A DNA stretch of 64,000 nt from Dipteris shenzhenensis (taxonomy: Eukaryota). The notes below the pieces were generated by a model. That model was not told the origin of the DNA. It was given only the letters and a program-made list of their open reading frames with translations, and searched no databases. Numbering within the stretch: the first letter of the stretch is position 1; each line of letters opens with the position of its first letter. The DNA lies in the NCBI GenBank assembly GCA_047967505.1, contig CM106538.1; one strand, 5' to 3'. This document shows positions 14,301 through 27,913 of this stretch, in pieces. Position numbers and translations under genes: made by a program.

Positions 14301-14412
14301 TCCTCATCGACCGATTTCGGATTTGTGGGAGGTCAACGGAATTGTGGCAGCGAAGGAGAGTGACCAACGGACAACGACGGAGATGGACGGAGCAGGAGAG
14401 TCCAGGTAAGGT
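13926..14412 (+). promoter_or_regulatory. Duplicated putative promoter (telo-box AAACCCTAA + TATATAAA) and first-exon donor of the Sola2 accessory gene
   Basis: AAACCCTAA at 13926 and 14236; TATATAAA at 13942 and 14252; CAG|GTAAGG donor at ~14406. Confidence 0.5.
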
Positions 14413-14559
14413 TTTTTTTATGTAGCATTTTTTTTTGCTAAAATTTATTTAAATTTTAGTTTATAGGACTCACTGTCGGAATCATTGAGTTGTTTGTCTA
14501 TTTTCTAGCCTAATTCTAATCCCATGTCCATGGGTGCCGTAGGCTCAATGTCGACCGCA

Positions 14560-16000
14560 AAAAAAATTTGAGGAATAATTATCAAATATTTCTAAATTTC
14601 AAATGCATTTTAAAGTTTTTTTTTAGAATTACGATATTTTTTATTGAAAATGTGAATATTTTGTTTTTTAAAATCATCTTTAAAAAAAAAGAGATTAAAG
14701 TTATTTTTTAAATTAGTGCTATTTTTATTTAAATAAAAAAACGTTTAAATTTTGTTTTTAGAAATCATCTATTAAAAAAAAGAAAATAAGAGTTTAAAGT
14801 AGCTTTTATATTATTTTAGTTTATAGGAAAATGTAATGTAATTATAAAATATTTCAAAATTTCAAATGCAATTGAAAAATTTTTTAAATAATTTTTTTAA
14901 ATTATGTAATTTTTTCTTTAAAATGTGAAAATGTATATATTTTGTTTTTAAATTCATCTATTTAAAAAAAAAGAGATTAAAGTAGGTTTTATGTTATTTT
15001 TCAAATTGGTGCTATTTTTATTTAAATAAAAAAACGTTCAAATTTTAGTTTTAAAAATCATCTTTAAAAAAGAAAGAAAATAAGATTTTAAGGTAGCTTT
15101 TATGTTATTTAAGTTAGTGAAGTTTTTATTTAAATGTCAAGAAAGTATATATTTTATTTTTTAAAATCATCTATTAAAAAAAAGAGAGATTAAAGTAGTT
15201 TGCATGTTATTTTTTAAATTAGTGAAGTTTTGAATTAAATATAACGTTTAAATTTTAGTTTATAGGAATAATTATAAAATATTTCTAAATTTGAAATGCA
15301 TTTTAAAGTTTTTTTAAATTATATTTAAAATTACGTAATTTTTTATTTAAAATGTGAAAATGTATATATTTTGTTTTTTAAAATCATCTTTTTAAAAAAG
15401 AGATTAAAGTTATTTTTTAAATTCGTGCTATTTTTATTTAAATAAAAAAACATTTAAATTTTATTTTTAAAAATGATCTTAAAAAAAAAAGAAAATAAGA
15501 GTTTAAGGTAGCTTTTATGTTATGTAAGTTATTTAAGTTTGTGAAGTTTTTATTTAAATGTCAAAAAGTATATAATTTATTTTTTAAAATCATCTATTAA
15601 AAAAATTTTATAATTGAAGTTTATAAATTACTGAAGTTTTGAATTGAATATAACGTTTAAATTTTATTTTTAGAAATCATCTATTAAAAAAAAGAAAATA
15701 AGAATTTAAAGTAGCTTTTATATTATTTTAGTTTATAGGAATATGTAATCTAATTATAAAATATTTCAAAATTTCAAATGCATTTTAAAGTTTTTTAAAA
15801 TAATTTTTTTTAATTACGTAATTTTTTATTTAAAATGTGAAAATGTATATATTTTGTTTTCTAAATTCATCTATTTAAAAAAAGAGAGATTAAAGTAGGT
15901 TTTATGTTATTTTTCAAATTGGTACTATTTTTATTTAAATAAAAAAATGTTTAAATTTTAGTTTTCAAAATCATCTTTAAAAAAAAAAGAAAATAAGAGT
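14560..16000. repeat. Extremely AT-rich shuffled tandem repeat inside the Sola2 element
   Basis: Recurrent blocks such as TTTTTAAAATCATCT(A/T)TTAAAAAAAAGA and TTTCAAATGCATTTTAAAG; very little G/C. Confidence 0.85.
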
Positions 16001-17212
16001 ACTAGGTAGCGGTGTGCGTTTATCAATCTTTATGTGGAATATTATAGATTATATAGTTGGTTAAGAGTTGTTTCATAATTTAGGTAGAGTAAGTAGGCTG
16101 TATAAAACACATGGGCATTATCCCTAAAACACCACACCACATGGGCATTATCCTAAAAATGTATCCCAGCATAGCTAATCATGTCCTCATCATCCTTGGG
16201 ATAAAAGAGCAAGCAATATTCAATGTCATGTGGTATGTGAGTTTCTCCCTTATATTAGCAAAATGATTTTTTCTTTCATGTCTTCAGCAAAGTAACTCGT
16301 TCCTTCCCACCTGGCGCCCACCTTCTACTTTCCAGCCTAAATTGAGCATGGGATGAATGAAGTCTATCCAATGATGCATCATCCGAGGATGATTGCCCAC
16401 ATGCAACCCACCCTACTAAGACATTGTGCTACCCATGTAGAACATCTATTGTTTTGCTTGGCCATATGGCAAAGACCCCAACACTAGAGTGGTTAGATGC
16501 ATAAGCGTATGGCTAATTGGATCTTCTAAATGCATCAGCACATGGAAAACACATACGTAAATGATTGTCCAAAGGTCTCCTCTCTCCCCAGGCATGGGAA
16601 CCAAGTGATGATCTATAGGAATGGCCACTAGTTGAGGTGGATTGCCCAACCAAAATAGATAATATTGAAAAGTCCTAATTATTTTCTCAAAGTTCTCGCT
16701 TTAAAAGGTCTGTAGTGTCAACACGCTCTCTTTTTTAATGTGTAGTCCGAGAAATACTAGATGCCCCTTGCTTGTGTATCGTTCAAAGTAATGTATTAGA
16801 TATCCTTCTATCTCCTCCATATCTAGTGCAAACCCAAGGCAGTAAAGCATTCAAAGAAGATCTTATTAACCAAACCTCTCCACTATCTGTCCTTAGTATA
16901 GGGGCCATAAGTGGACAATGTGGTCCTTACACGACGTGGAAAAGTTTCCAAAGAGCGAGAAAGGCATTTAAAAAAATACAATTCTCCTTATTTTGGAAAA
17001 TAAGTTAATCAAGTATAATAATACTTGCCCCAACCATGTGTATTATCTTGGGGAATAAAATATAGAGATTCTCCTCAATACCATCTCTTAAACCTACAGT
17101 CTTGTCAGAATCTGTATAGTTAACAAACACAGATCATAATGAGTCTTCTTACTAGGGTCCTCAAAGTACTGATAAATGCAAAGAAATACAAGGGTTACCA
17201 AGAGTGTGTTGC

Positions 17213-17238
17213 ATGTGTGTGTGTGTGTGTTGTGTGTG

Positions 17239-17295
<57 letters not shown>
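17213..17295. repeat. (GT)n/(GA)n microsatellite
   Basis: Direct read. Confidence 0.95.
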
Positions 17296-17297
<2 letters not shown>

Positions 17298-17680
17298 CCA
17301 CACACAAAAAAGTGTGTGTGTGCTTAGATTAAAAAGTCCCATCAATAATTGAGCCATACAGTTAATTCCATCAATTGGATAAAAAGTAAAAAAAGGGAAA
17401 CATATAAGGAAAAAATATTTGAGACATCTAAGTTTAAAAATGCAACAACTAGAGTTTGAAAAAATTTTAATCAAAATTAAGAATTTTTAATAATAATGAG
17501 TTTGATAAACATAATATTGAGCCACACATTTGGCCCATCTATCGGTAGGTGCATAGGATGATCCCAACGACATCCTACCTCATCAAGGAGTACGTACAAA
17601 TAGTTTTCATTACGTAAATAGATTATAACTCATATTGAATAGAATATTATTTTCATTACCCAAATAGATTATTAATTTCC

Positions 17681-18735
17681 ATGTGCTTTTTTTGTGCATG
17701 CGCTAGCCAGCGCACAAGTTCTGGCACCACTATTCGTATGCATATAGAGATTCTGAGAGCTGAGATAAGGGCACTGCAGGATGCTAGGGCACCCCCTCAC
17801 TTGGTTGCGAGTCTAGATTCAGTTATTGATGCTCTGGGTCGATTGGACATAGTTGAGGACATTGTGGATAGCTTTCAGGCACAGGCTCAGGCAGAGATCA
17901 CTGGTCATGGCTTGGATTGGAGAGCCATTTGACAGTTGTTTGAGCATGAGTCACCTCACAGGCAGGCCTTAGAGGATATGTTTTGGGATGGTCACACTGA
18001 GGCGATGCGACCACGATCAGGGTTGCCCTTGCATATTTTACGTTGTAGGCACCCCATCATAGCAACACACATTTATCTGAGATATCTCGCTACGAATGGT
18101 GGTCGATTGCCTCACAACCATCAGATAGCCAGGTCATTTGCCATGCAGCTATACACTGAGTTTGTGCTTGGTCATCGGGTAGACTACCTTAGTACCCGTC
18201 CAGGATCAGGAGCAGGACATGGTAGGATGGGGCATCAGGGGCATCAGACTACAGGTGTTCGGTGTCGACGCGAGGCACCAGAGTTGCACACTATCCCTGC
18301 ACCAGCATTGCGAGCTGTTGGAGGATGGATTAGGGGGGATGTTCATTCAGTGGCATCATCCTTGCACCACATGGTCTCTGCCCTATCGAGATCACTTTCG
18401 ATTCCACCTCCGCCACCTCCCACATCGATGGAGCCTCCCACATCTACACCACCTCAGCATGAGTTGGAGACTCGAGACGCATGGATTGTAGAGTTGGAGG
18501 CATTGTTGGCTGAGTCTAGGGACAAGGTTAGTTATTCTGATTATTTTAGTTTATTTTTTTGTAGCGTGTTTTGAACTGAAGTTTTTTGGTTAATTCTCAC
18601 CATGTACGCGACATGTTTGCATTGCAGGCACATCTATTGCGACAGGATATGGAGTCTCATGTACGACTATTGGAGGTAGATTTGGAGGAGCAGAGGATTC
18701 GGACACACATAGCATACCATCGTGCGGAGCACTAC
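17681..18735 (+). pseudogene. Sola2 accessory gene of unknown function (helical domain, Pro-rich linker, coiled coil), truncated
   Basis: ORFs 17681-17932 and 17936-18574 are in frame across one TGA. GT-AG intron ~18527-18628, then AHLLRQDMESHVRLLEVDLEEQRIR. Convergent with the transposase. Confidence 0.6.
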
Positions 18736-21309
18736 CTCTGAAGCAATAACCGCGAAGATATCACCAATACACAAAATATCTGTAAGCTGGTCATAATATC
18801 TAGAGGAACTGAATCCCGCATCCTGATCATCATGTACCTCCTCCCAAGGCTGGAAAGGAGAAAGCACTCGTCGTACCCATGGATCGGCCCATGGTATCAT
18901 GGAGCACCCTGCCCAATCATCATCAATGCATGCAGAGCAAAAACATGCAAACCGTCGAGAAAAGATCATAGGGTGAGACTCACCTATGCTCCTGATGGAA
19001 TGGAAATCAAGAGTGCCAGACACTGAACGACAATCAAAAGGCCTAGACCAATCAAGACTCCCAATGTCCACGCACCAAAAATACTGACTCACCACCCTAT
19101 CGTCACGTGACTGAAATGAGGAGATAGCACTAGTGGATAAGTGCTGGCTACACCACCGCACCACATCATGTGCATCCTTGAAGCGATCGGCACTATGACG
19201 CAACTGGTATCGACGCAAAGCATGCTTCACATAAGCACCTGCACCATCATGCTCTCCCTTACCGTGCCTTGTCTCGAAGTAGCTCCATGTGATCGGAATG
19301 CCTGTCTCACGGTGCCATCTGTAGAACCAATAAAATTGTCTAGCAGGTTTGAACTGACCACCACAGCCGTCTGACCAGATCCAGCGCCACTGCCATGTGA
19401 CACCATGATCCCTCAAGAAACTATCATGCAAAGTGAAGCAATGCCGCACAAAATGGGCATCATGCGATCGATCATCACTAATGTAGAAGTGATACTCTCG
19501 CACAATGACGCGTGAGTCCATGGTGCTATCAATGCCATCCACATGAGCCTGTGCATGACGATAGCTAATGTGCACAAATATAGCAACCTACAATATGGCA
19601 TTGAAAAAAAATATGACTATTGAAATAATTCAATATAATGAGGCGGGGAAAAAATCAATACTCAATCACACGTCACCTGTTTGGAGAAATAATACTCCGA
19701 TTGGATCTCATGCTGTGGTGCAAAGGTGATTCTCTGCAAAGTCCACCACTGAGACAACCACCCCTGTAGGAAATGTCCTCAAACATGCATAGAACTAATG
19801 ATCCTCCCATTTCACAGTGTGCGAGTGGTGTATGTAGCGGTACAGCTTCCCTTGAAAACTGTCAATGAATGCAACACGTGGTGTCTCCTTCCCCACAAGC
19901 TGCAATCTCCTTGACTGTGCACCACCATCTAATGTCAAGGTACTGTACTCATACTGCTGCCAACGAACCATCTGCACATCACAAGTATCTAGTGCAACTT
20001 GTGGCACTCTAGCAAAGTCACCACACAAATTACACCTGCCTTCCACACAATCAAGGGAGTGGAATAAAGCATCACCATCTCGTGTACACAATATGGAATG
20101 AATGAAGTTGCAAGGGCTAGTAGGAACCACTCCCCTATGACCATCAAGGGAACGGAATACGTCATACATCAATCCAAAATCCACATGGTAGCGACAACAA
20201 CATGTGTCATGCTCCTGAGAGCATCGCACAAACCATGGCCTGCATCGCTCAAATGACCTCTGCCCAATCCTAAACTCCAAGTGCGCCTCTACAAACTAAG
20301 TGTACAACTCAGTTTGGGTACACTCCAAAAAACATGCACCATGCTCAATGTACACACCGCGTGACACCCTCTTCTGCAATGCCTTCTTGAACACTGGGGA
20401 TGCTCTGCAATGCTCCTCCCAAAACTGTTGTATGAAGGACCTAGTGGAATCATCCAACAATCGATCGTTGCGAGGTGCACGACCACTCGAAGCCCAAAGA
20501 GCATCAGTCTCACTATCCTCTAGACTCTGCCTCCTAATCATGCCTGCTCGCAATGTGCGCGGTGCAATCTAAAGAAGACGTGAAGCGGTACGCACATGGC
20601 CTATCATATGAGGTCTACTAATGGCAGCCACAATAGCACGACGTGCTGCCAAGGCATCATTGGAGTTCCTATTCTTAATAGAAGCATAGGAATGTCGAAC
20701 ACTGCTAAGGACCTCACTAGATACAACCCTATCTCTACGTGCACCAAGACCAGCAAGCCTCCTACACTCTACCAAGTCAAGGTGATCAATCAGGACGTGA
20801 GAAGAGAAGACTGCGAAGCTGGCGTGAGGTCACAAAAAAAAGACTGCACGATCTTGCTAGTACGACGATGGATAGTGAACTTTGGCAAGTCATGTCGTGA
20901 AGCAACACTGCTGCTGCAAGGTGGGGCAAGGGGATCAATGGGAGATGGTAGGGTGGATGGGGGAAGGGAGGCGCCAAGGGGAATGGGGGGAGGGGGAGGG
21001 GGAGGGGGAGGGGGGAGGGTGGAGGGGGAAGAGGTAGAGGTGGAGGCCAAAATGTAGGTGGCTAGGGGAAGGGCGGAGGCTAGAGGTAGGGGAGCAGATG
21101 AGGATGGGGGGACAATGGAGGTGGGGGTGGGGGTGGAGGTGGGATGTAGAGGTAGAGGTGGAGATGGATCGGTGGTGGTAGCGTGAGCTCTAGCTCTAGA
21201 GGCTCTCTTGCGCTCACGAGCCTTCCGCTTGCACTCCTCGTCAATGAGATTTGGGGGGGGGTTTCCTACATCTTTTACGTCTACTAGCTCTACGGCTTTG
21301 AGAACCCAT
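18735..21309 (-). pseudogene. Sola2-like DDD transposase
   Basis: Motifs RPWFV..TCCCRYH, C..GRC..C, VVDFAEN..QHEIQS (D1), YISDDRSHD, WSDGCGGQFK (D2), WSYFETRHGKGEHDGAG (D3), C-terminal CFCSAC. Intron 19676-19588; several stops and frameshifts. Confidence 0.85.
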
Positions 21310-21544
21310 TCTCAATGAAAGTAAGATGGAAGGTGTGACAAAGTGATGAGGAGGCAAGAATGGCTAAGAATGGGTGAAATGAACCAAAACGTGGTGTCTT
21401 ATAGAGAGCCTCAACTCATCCACTAGATTGCTCTTCATTATTATTGGTGGAGAAGGTGCTAAGATTGAAACTAATTGGTTGGAATCCAATGTTAATTTCG
21501 AATATTTGCATCATTTGATTTTATTGCAGTTTTGTACCTACAAA

Positions 21545-21720
21545 TACCTCGATCGAGGTATGCTATGCCCAGATCATATACCTCGATCGAGGTATTTGAC
21601 CCCTCACGCAGGTATAAACCTCGATCGAGGTACCCCTCGGTCATAGCACATACCCCACAGTCATATACCTCGATCGAGGTCTATGCCTCATGCAGGTCAT
21701 ATACCTCGATCGAGGTATTC
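21545..21720. repeat. Second array (5 copies) of the ATACCTCGATCGAGGTAT palindrome
   Basis: Copies near 21545, 21578, 21617, 21666 and 21701, upstream of the transposase ATG. Confidence 0.92.
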
Positions 21721-24700
21721 TATGCCTTGCACATCATGATGTGTATACATGTGGCTGATGTGGCACCATGCATGGTCATGATGTGGCGAGATAGTCTCTT
21801 CCATGTTGTGGAAAGGTGATGTGGCATGATGAGTTGGCATTCATGAGGTGGTAGATTGACATGGCAAATTGAGGTGGAGGGATTGGTGACGTGGCAAGGT
21901 TGACGAGGTATGCCAAGGTGGCAAGGTGTGATGACATGGCTCATGATGTGGAAGGATGAGGTGGCACATGTGGCAGCACGTGTGGCAATGTAAGGTGACA
22001 TGGCAAGGAGTGATGTCACATCTCCTTGATGACATGGCACCACATGGTCTAACAGCGTGGCATGCTTGCAAGGCAAAAATAGATGACTCAGCCTTCCGCA
22101 TGGGCAGCATGCACACTCCAAAGGCTTGCCACTAGGGTCGGTGATGCTCCTAGCCTACCTCACCAAGCCTAATACCAAGCCTACCTTGTCTTGGTATTAG
22201 GCTTGGGTGGCCCTTTTTCCCCCACAAAAGGGAGATTTCACTCTTGGAGGCCATATCGTACGTTTCCCTTACTCAAATTTAACCAAAATTTTTTCCTCTT
22301 ATTCATCATGAGGAGGACTAAAAATATTGACATTTTTGAAATGCTTGGTCATGTTTGAGAATCACTAGATTTATTTTTAATATTCTTTGTTGATCCTCTG
22401 AGGAGTAAAAGTAAAAATTAAACTTCAATCTTCCTAAATCTAACTGTTGGATTTGGGATTTGATGATTCAACCACACACCTAAAAAAATGTGGTGTGCTA
22501 CTAAAATGCATGTATTTTATGTCTTTATTTATTATAAATAATTATTTATAATTAGATAAATCATTCAAAAGATTACCAATAAATCAAGTTAAGCTCTACA
22601 TAATGCAAAGAGACCACTTACAAAGTTTCAATAACATTTCATCTAAAATGAGTGAGAAATTTAGAATTTAATATGACACTCTCTGTTCGTGACAAACGTG
22701 TGACCACCCTGGAACCATGCCGTGTGACACAAAGAAATTTTATGTGTGTGCATCGAATTTTCGATCAGACTATATGATTGTGTGCATAATAGCAAGTGTG
22801 ATGTTGTGTCAGAAGACTTCATAGACTAGATCCATAGGGAAGTAGGTGAGATTTGCATTATTGTGTGCTAAAAAGCTTGTTTTTCCACCTCCTAAGGATT
22901 GGGGAGTGAACAAAAAGTGGACACCCTTAGCTTGCTACTTCCCTCAAGAGGGAACTCAACTTGGCGGTGAGCTCAATCTAGCACAACATTCAATATTAGA
23001 TAGGGAACTCAATCTGGTGGTGAGCTCCAGCACACTAACACATGCTCTCAGTGTGTTATAGCATATCACCAGGTTGAGTTCTCCTTCCCTAGCATCGAAG
23101 GTTGTGCTCAATTATGAGAGTCTCATCACCAAGTTGAGTCCTCTGCCAGTGCTTGATGGAACAACAATGACCTGTTTCCCTTGGCTCCCCATCCTGCAAC
23201 TCCCTTGGTCATGGCTATGGTTGGTAAAGTGTTACAGGATGGAGAACCAATGTAAACAATGGATCCCATGACTTGGGCAGCATTATGAAGGGGCATCGAG
23301 ATTGTAGCAGAAGATTCATCATAGGGATAGCAGGGGGCTTGGAGAGAGCATGGAAGGGGGTAGGAGAGAAATTTTCTTGGGTTGCATTAATTGTTTCTTT
23401 GCTCTTAAGGCCTTTATATAGCTATAGACTTGCCACCCTCCCACTCTTTTTCCCTTCGTTTCTTGTGTCAGTTATGTGACTTTGGGCACTTATCGCTATT
23501 GCTAAGAGCACACAATCCACCCGCTGGATTTTTCTGGTAGCCCAGCTTAGTGTAGGCAATCATCTACATCATCATCTGGCCATGACGTGCGATTAGATGG
23601 TTGCCATGCTATAATTTATTCGTCATCAGAGCCAAGATCATGATAATTCAATAGGAAGAGGGGGAGGAGTGGTGGCACATGCACCCAACTTACTGGTATC
23701 CTAGCCTAGCCTAGGCAGTCACTTACATCATCGTCTAGCCATGACAAGCGATTAGATGGTTGCCGTGGGAGAATTTATCGGTCATCGGAGCCAAGATCAT
23801 AATAATTCAATGGGATGAGGGGGGACGAGCAGTGGCACATATACCCAGCTTTGATGATAGCTCAGTCTAGCATAGGCGGTCATATACATCATCGTCTAGC
23901 CATGACGTGCGATTAGATGGTTGCTCATGATGTGCAATTAGATGGTAATTCTAATAGTGTGATATATTCTTACAGTCTATCTCAGCTTAATGCTAGTTCT
24001 CATTCTAAACTATTGCTATTATAGCCTGATAAACTGACTGAATGCTAATCTAAGCTTATGAACTAGATGCAAAGTCATTGGTATCACAGTCTAATTTCAG
24101 CTCAATGCCAATCTAAGCCTGTGAATTAGATGGTCCCTCATGCACAATCTTTGTCACTAAAACAAACTCGCTGGTTGTTTGGGATTAGGATACTATTTTA
24201 CATTTGGAGCTTTGACAGAAATTACAGATTTGGGGCTTTTGCAGACAGATCTGTAGATCTAGTCTGAAATTTGGGGCTTTTGTTCAGAAATTGCAAAGTT
24301 GGGGCTTTTGTCCAGAAATTGCAGATTTGGGGCTTTTAGTAAATCAGTCCCTTTCTGGTTATTGCGGTGGTTGTTTGGGATTTACTAAAAGTTATATTTT
24401 GGGGGGATTGCAGGTAATCCTAAACTAACAAAAATGAATTTCATTGCTAGTGCCTACCTCCTCTGACCAGTGCCTCCCTCCTCTAGCCTTAACTGGTGTT
24501 TGAGTTGACCCAATCACGATTGCATGATGTTCCAACCACCGAGCTGGTTTAGGACAATCACATTAAGTCCAAGCCATCCAAGTTTTGGTGTTTGAGCTAA
24601 ACTAGCCACACGGTTGCATGATATTCCAACCACCGGTTTGGTTTAGGCAATCACATAATTGGTGTTTGAGCTAACCCAACCACGATTGCATGATGTTCCA

Positions 24701-25635
24701 ACCACCGAGTTGGTTTAGGACAATCACATTAAGTCCAAGCTAGCCTGGTTCTGGTGTTTGAGCTGAACTAGCCACACGGTTGCATGATATTCCAACCACC
24801 GGGCTAGTTTAGGACGATCACATTAAGTCTAGGCTAGCCTACTAAACTATCCCAAAGCTCAATCACAAACACCACCAGCCTGAGGCAACCACCCCCACTG
24901 ACCTACATTGTATCAAGAAATGAAACAAGTAAACTATCCCAAAGCTCAATCGCAAGCAATCACTGACCTGCATTGTATCAAGCATGTGTATGATGTGCTC
25001 ATCAAACATCTTGCATCCCACCTACTTTCTACAAATGTCCTTGTTATTTGGAGAAACTCTCGAGAGATGCACAAAGAGTGGAAGCATTGATTGCAATAGT
25101 GGTGACGTTTTGGCACGAAAATACAAGGTGTTGGTAGGGTTGTCACTCTATGAACTTTAGGGTGCAGGCTAAAGCTTGTGAAGACTCAAAAATGGTAATT
25201 ACGTGAATGGTTGGATGTTGCTTCTTAAAATGCTACCACCAATCGTGACATCACAGCTTGTTTTCTTCGCTCTGATAGCAATGATCAAATGCGTACATCT
25301 ACAACAATTGCTTCCTGCTACTGCTCTGCAAGGGTTCTTCTGTTTCTTGTGCCCTGACCAAGCTTTTCAACTTTTCTATCTCGCAGCCTCTGTTTGCTTC
25401 TCTTGTAAGCCATGGCAAGTTGCATGTTGCCGATCAATAAAAGATGACAATGACAAACCAAAATAGAGAGAAGCTAGCTTGTGAGGCAAGCAAAGAATAG
25501 AAGATAACTTACCCGAAAGAAGACAATGGAAAACCAAAGAAAACCAAAGTCTACGCAAGGTCACATTGAGGTTCGTGTGGGTTGCAGGGCATTTTCAGGG
25601 CGGGGGCAAGTTGCAGGTACTTAATCTTCCAAGAT

Positions 25636-26150
25636 TAAGGTCTGGGGAGGAGGTGCATAATGTCACTGGAGTTAGCTACGAAAGGCTAACGTACTCCCAG
25701 TTGGGCACTAGTAAACCAACAGACTTGAATCTACCATCCATCACGGTGGTAGCTCTGCCTCATAGTCCACTGCAAGTAAGACGGACGATCACCAATGTGG
25801 CTACGATGTCCGAGAAGTATACAACGGTAGTTAGTCTTTACAAGAATCGAACCCCGCTGGTAGTGACTATCTCACCGCCCTCCTTCACATTATCGTCGGG
25901 AGCCTCAATCAACCTCACCCTCACCATCTCTGTTCATCATCACCATCAGCAACATCAACAGCAGCAACAACCACAACAATACCAACATATCCATAGTTCC
26001 AATGCAACCCTACTTGGACTTGGTCGCCAACCTCGCCACCATCATTATTGCTTTGGAGAGATTGTCTTCCATGGAGACCAAGGCCACTGTGCTAAAATCC
26101 CCCTTGCTATCTTTCCTGGCCCCACCCCCCTGCCCCCTACTGCCTCCTAA
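25636..26150 (+). pseudogene. Orphan duplicate of most of the subtilase last exon
   Basis: RSGEEVHNVTG...PLPPTAS is nearly identical to ORF 43795-44337; upstream exons are absent. Confidence 0.92.
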
Positions 26151-26578
26151 TAACCTTCTTCTTAAAGCTATGTTTCTACCCTTCCTCATCCACCATGCAT
26201 AACTAAGCTCTATTTGACAAATTTGGCAATGAAAATGCTCTGAAATTCTTTCAAGATGTTCAAGGGAATGTTTTCAGCAATCTTAAGTATTAGGTCTTCG
26301 AATAGCATATATGGATTTGGAGTCTACCCTTTACTTAAAGAGGTCAATTGTAGTCTTGTTTTTTTTTCTTTCTATTTTGATTTGGACTTTCTTGCTTTGT
26401 GTGGATTTTTTTTGAAATGGTCACCTCCACTCAATATCACTTGGTAAACTCCAAAATTGGGGCATTACATGGGTCAAGTCCACATAAATATGGCCTAACA
26501 AAGCTAAAAATTCAGTGAAGTTTAAAGTGATGACCTCCACTCACTTAGACATCATGGGTACATTTGCAGCACTACATG

Positions 26579-26779
26579 CTCAGGGGGGTCACTATGTATA
26601 AACCCTCTATATCACGTGCGTTCAAGGCATATTTCTAAAATCCCTTATCTGTAAATTTTTTTGAAAATTGTTTTAAATACTCCCTTATGTAAATTAACTT
26701 TTGTTAAATTTAGATATTAAAAACATCCTTCTGTTGAACTCACGTGATAGGGTTACATATAATGAGTGACTCCCCCGAG
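26579..26779. mobile_element. MITE with 8-bp TSD
   Basis: TIRs CTCAGGGGGGTCACT...AGTGACTCCCCCGAG; TSD ACTACATG at 26571-26578 and 26780-26787. Confidence 0.88.
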
Positions 26780-27913
26780 ACTACATGGGTAACCTCCACA
26801 TGAATATCGATGCCTAATAAACTTAAAATTCCACCTTAGTTGTGAGTGGTGACCTACACTCAATAATGATGTAGTAAACTCCAAAATCTGACTCAGTTAT
26901 AACACTATGCAACTCATCTCTACCTTCTGTTTTCAATGTTTGATCGTGAAAATATGATAACAAATGGAAAGCATTTTTTGAATTCAGCATATAAGTGGTG
27001 TATAGATACACCACTTGATTGAATATCATATTAGAGGTAGTGTAAAGATACACCACTTGTTTGAAACAAGGCATAGAATATGTTAAATCTTGTGCTTTCA
27101 AATCTCATTCAGAGTCATCAAACTTTGGTATTGCATTTTCACTTGATGGGTAAAGTGTACCCAAATGATGTTTAATATGTGCATGGCTACTATCAGGAAT
27201 TGTGATACGCATGGACTGAGCTCTCCTATGGATGCTAATCTACTCTAATGACAACACTAATCTAAGGTGGATGAATCTTTTCAACATCATAGCCATGCTT
27301 CTTTTTAAGACTTCAAGTCCTCGATTTCTAGCAATGGATAATGTTACTCACTTCCAACTATGTCAAGCCCTCTTTGTCTAGAACCCATGCATGCTTTGGT
27401 TGCAAGAAGCAACCAATCATAGAGGTTTTTTCAATGTATATTTTTTTGGCAAACTTTTCAAAGGCTTTGGTTCAAACCATAAGGCTATGAATATTATAGG
27501 GATTTCCTTCTCATCCCTTCCTATCTGAGCAATATATCTGAGCAATATTTACTACCCAAATCAAGCCACCTTGGTGATTATCTAAGTCTGATTATGGATG
27601 AGATGCCAAAACTGTAACACAAACACCCTTTGGAATTTCATTAGATGCTACAAACTCTAGCAAGGGCTTGTGGAGGATTGTCACCCTTTCAACCATAATA
27701 TTTGCAAGGTAAAAGGCATCGCTCAATTTCTTTCATATCAGTCATCGTTTTTCTATCTAAATTATTCAGATTTTGGTGACTCATCTTGTTTTGGCCAAAA
27801 AGATTCAAAAGTTATTCAATGCTCATTGAATTTTCTTGTTCTTTTAAATATTTAACAAGTGCTTAATTTGACACGATTATCTCTACATTTTCACTTAACT
27901 ACTTAGGACTATT

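Larger units (their letters stand above)
13253..22943. mobile_element. Sola2-type DNA transposon (~9.7 kb)
   Basis: 29-bp TIRs GGG(TG/AA)GTAGCAAGCTAAGGGTGTCCACTT at 13253-13281 and 22915-22943. 4-bp TSD TCAA (13249-13252, 22944-22947). Empty site with a single TCAA at 52757-52760 (reverse strand). DDD transposase inside. Confidence 0.85.
12515..25636. repeat. Repeat module A, copy 1 (12515-13252 + 22948-25636), interrupted by the Sola2 element
   Basis: Reverse-complement match to the uninterrupted copy at 50179-53514. Contains ~80-90-bp tandem units at ~24495-24835. Confidence 0.88.
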
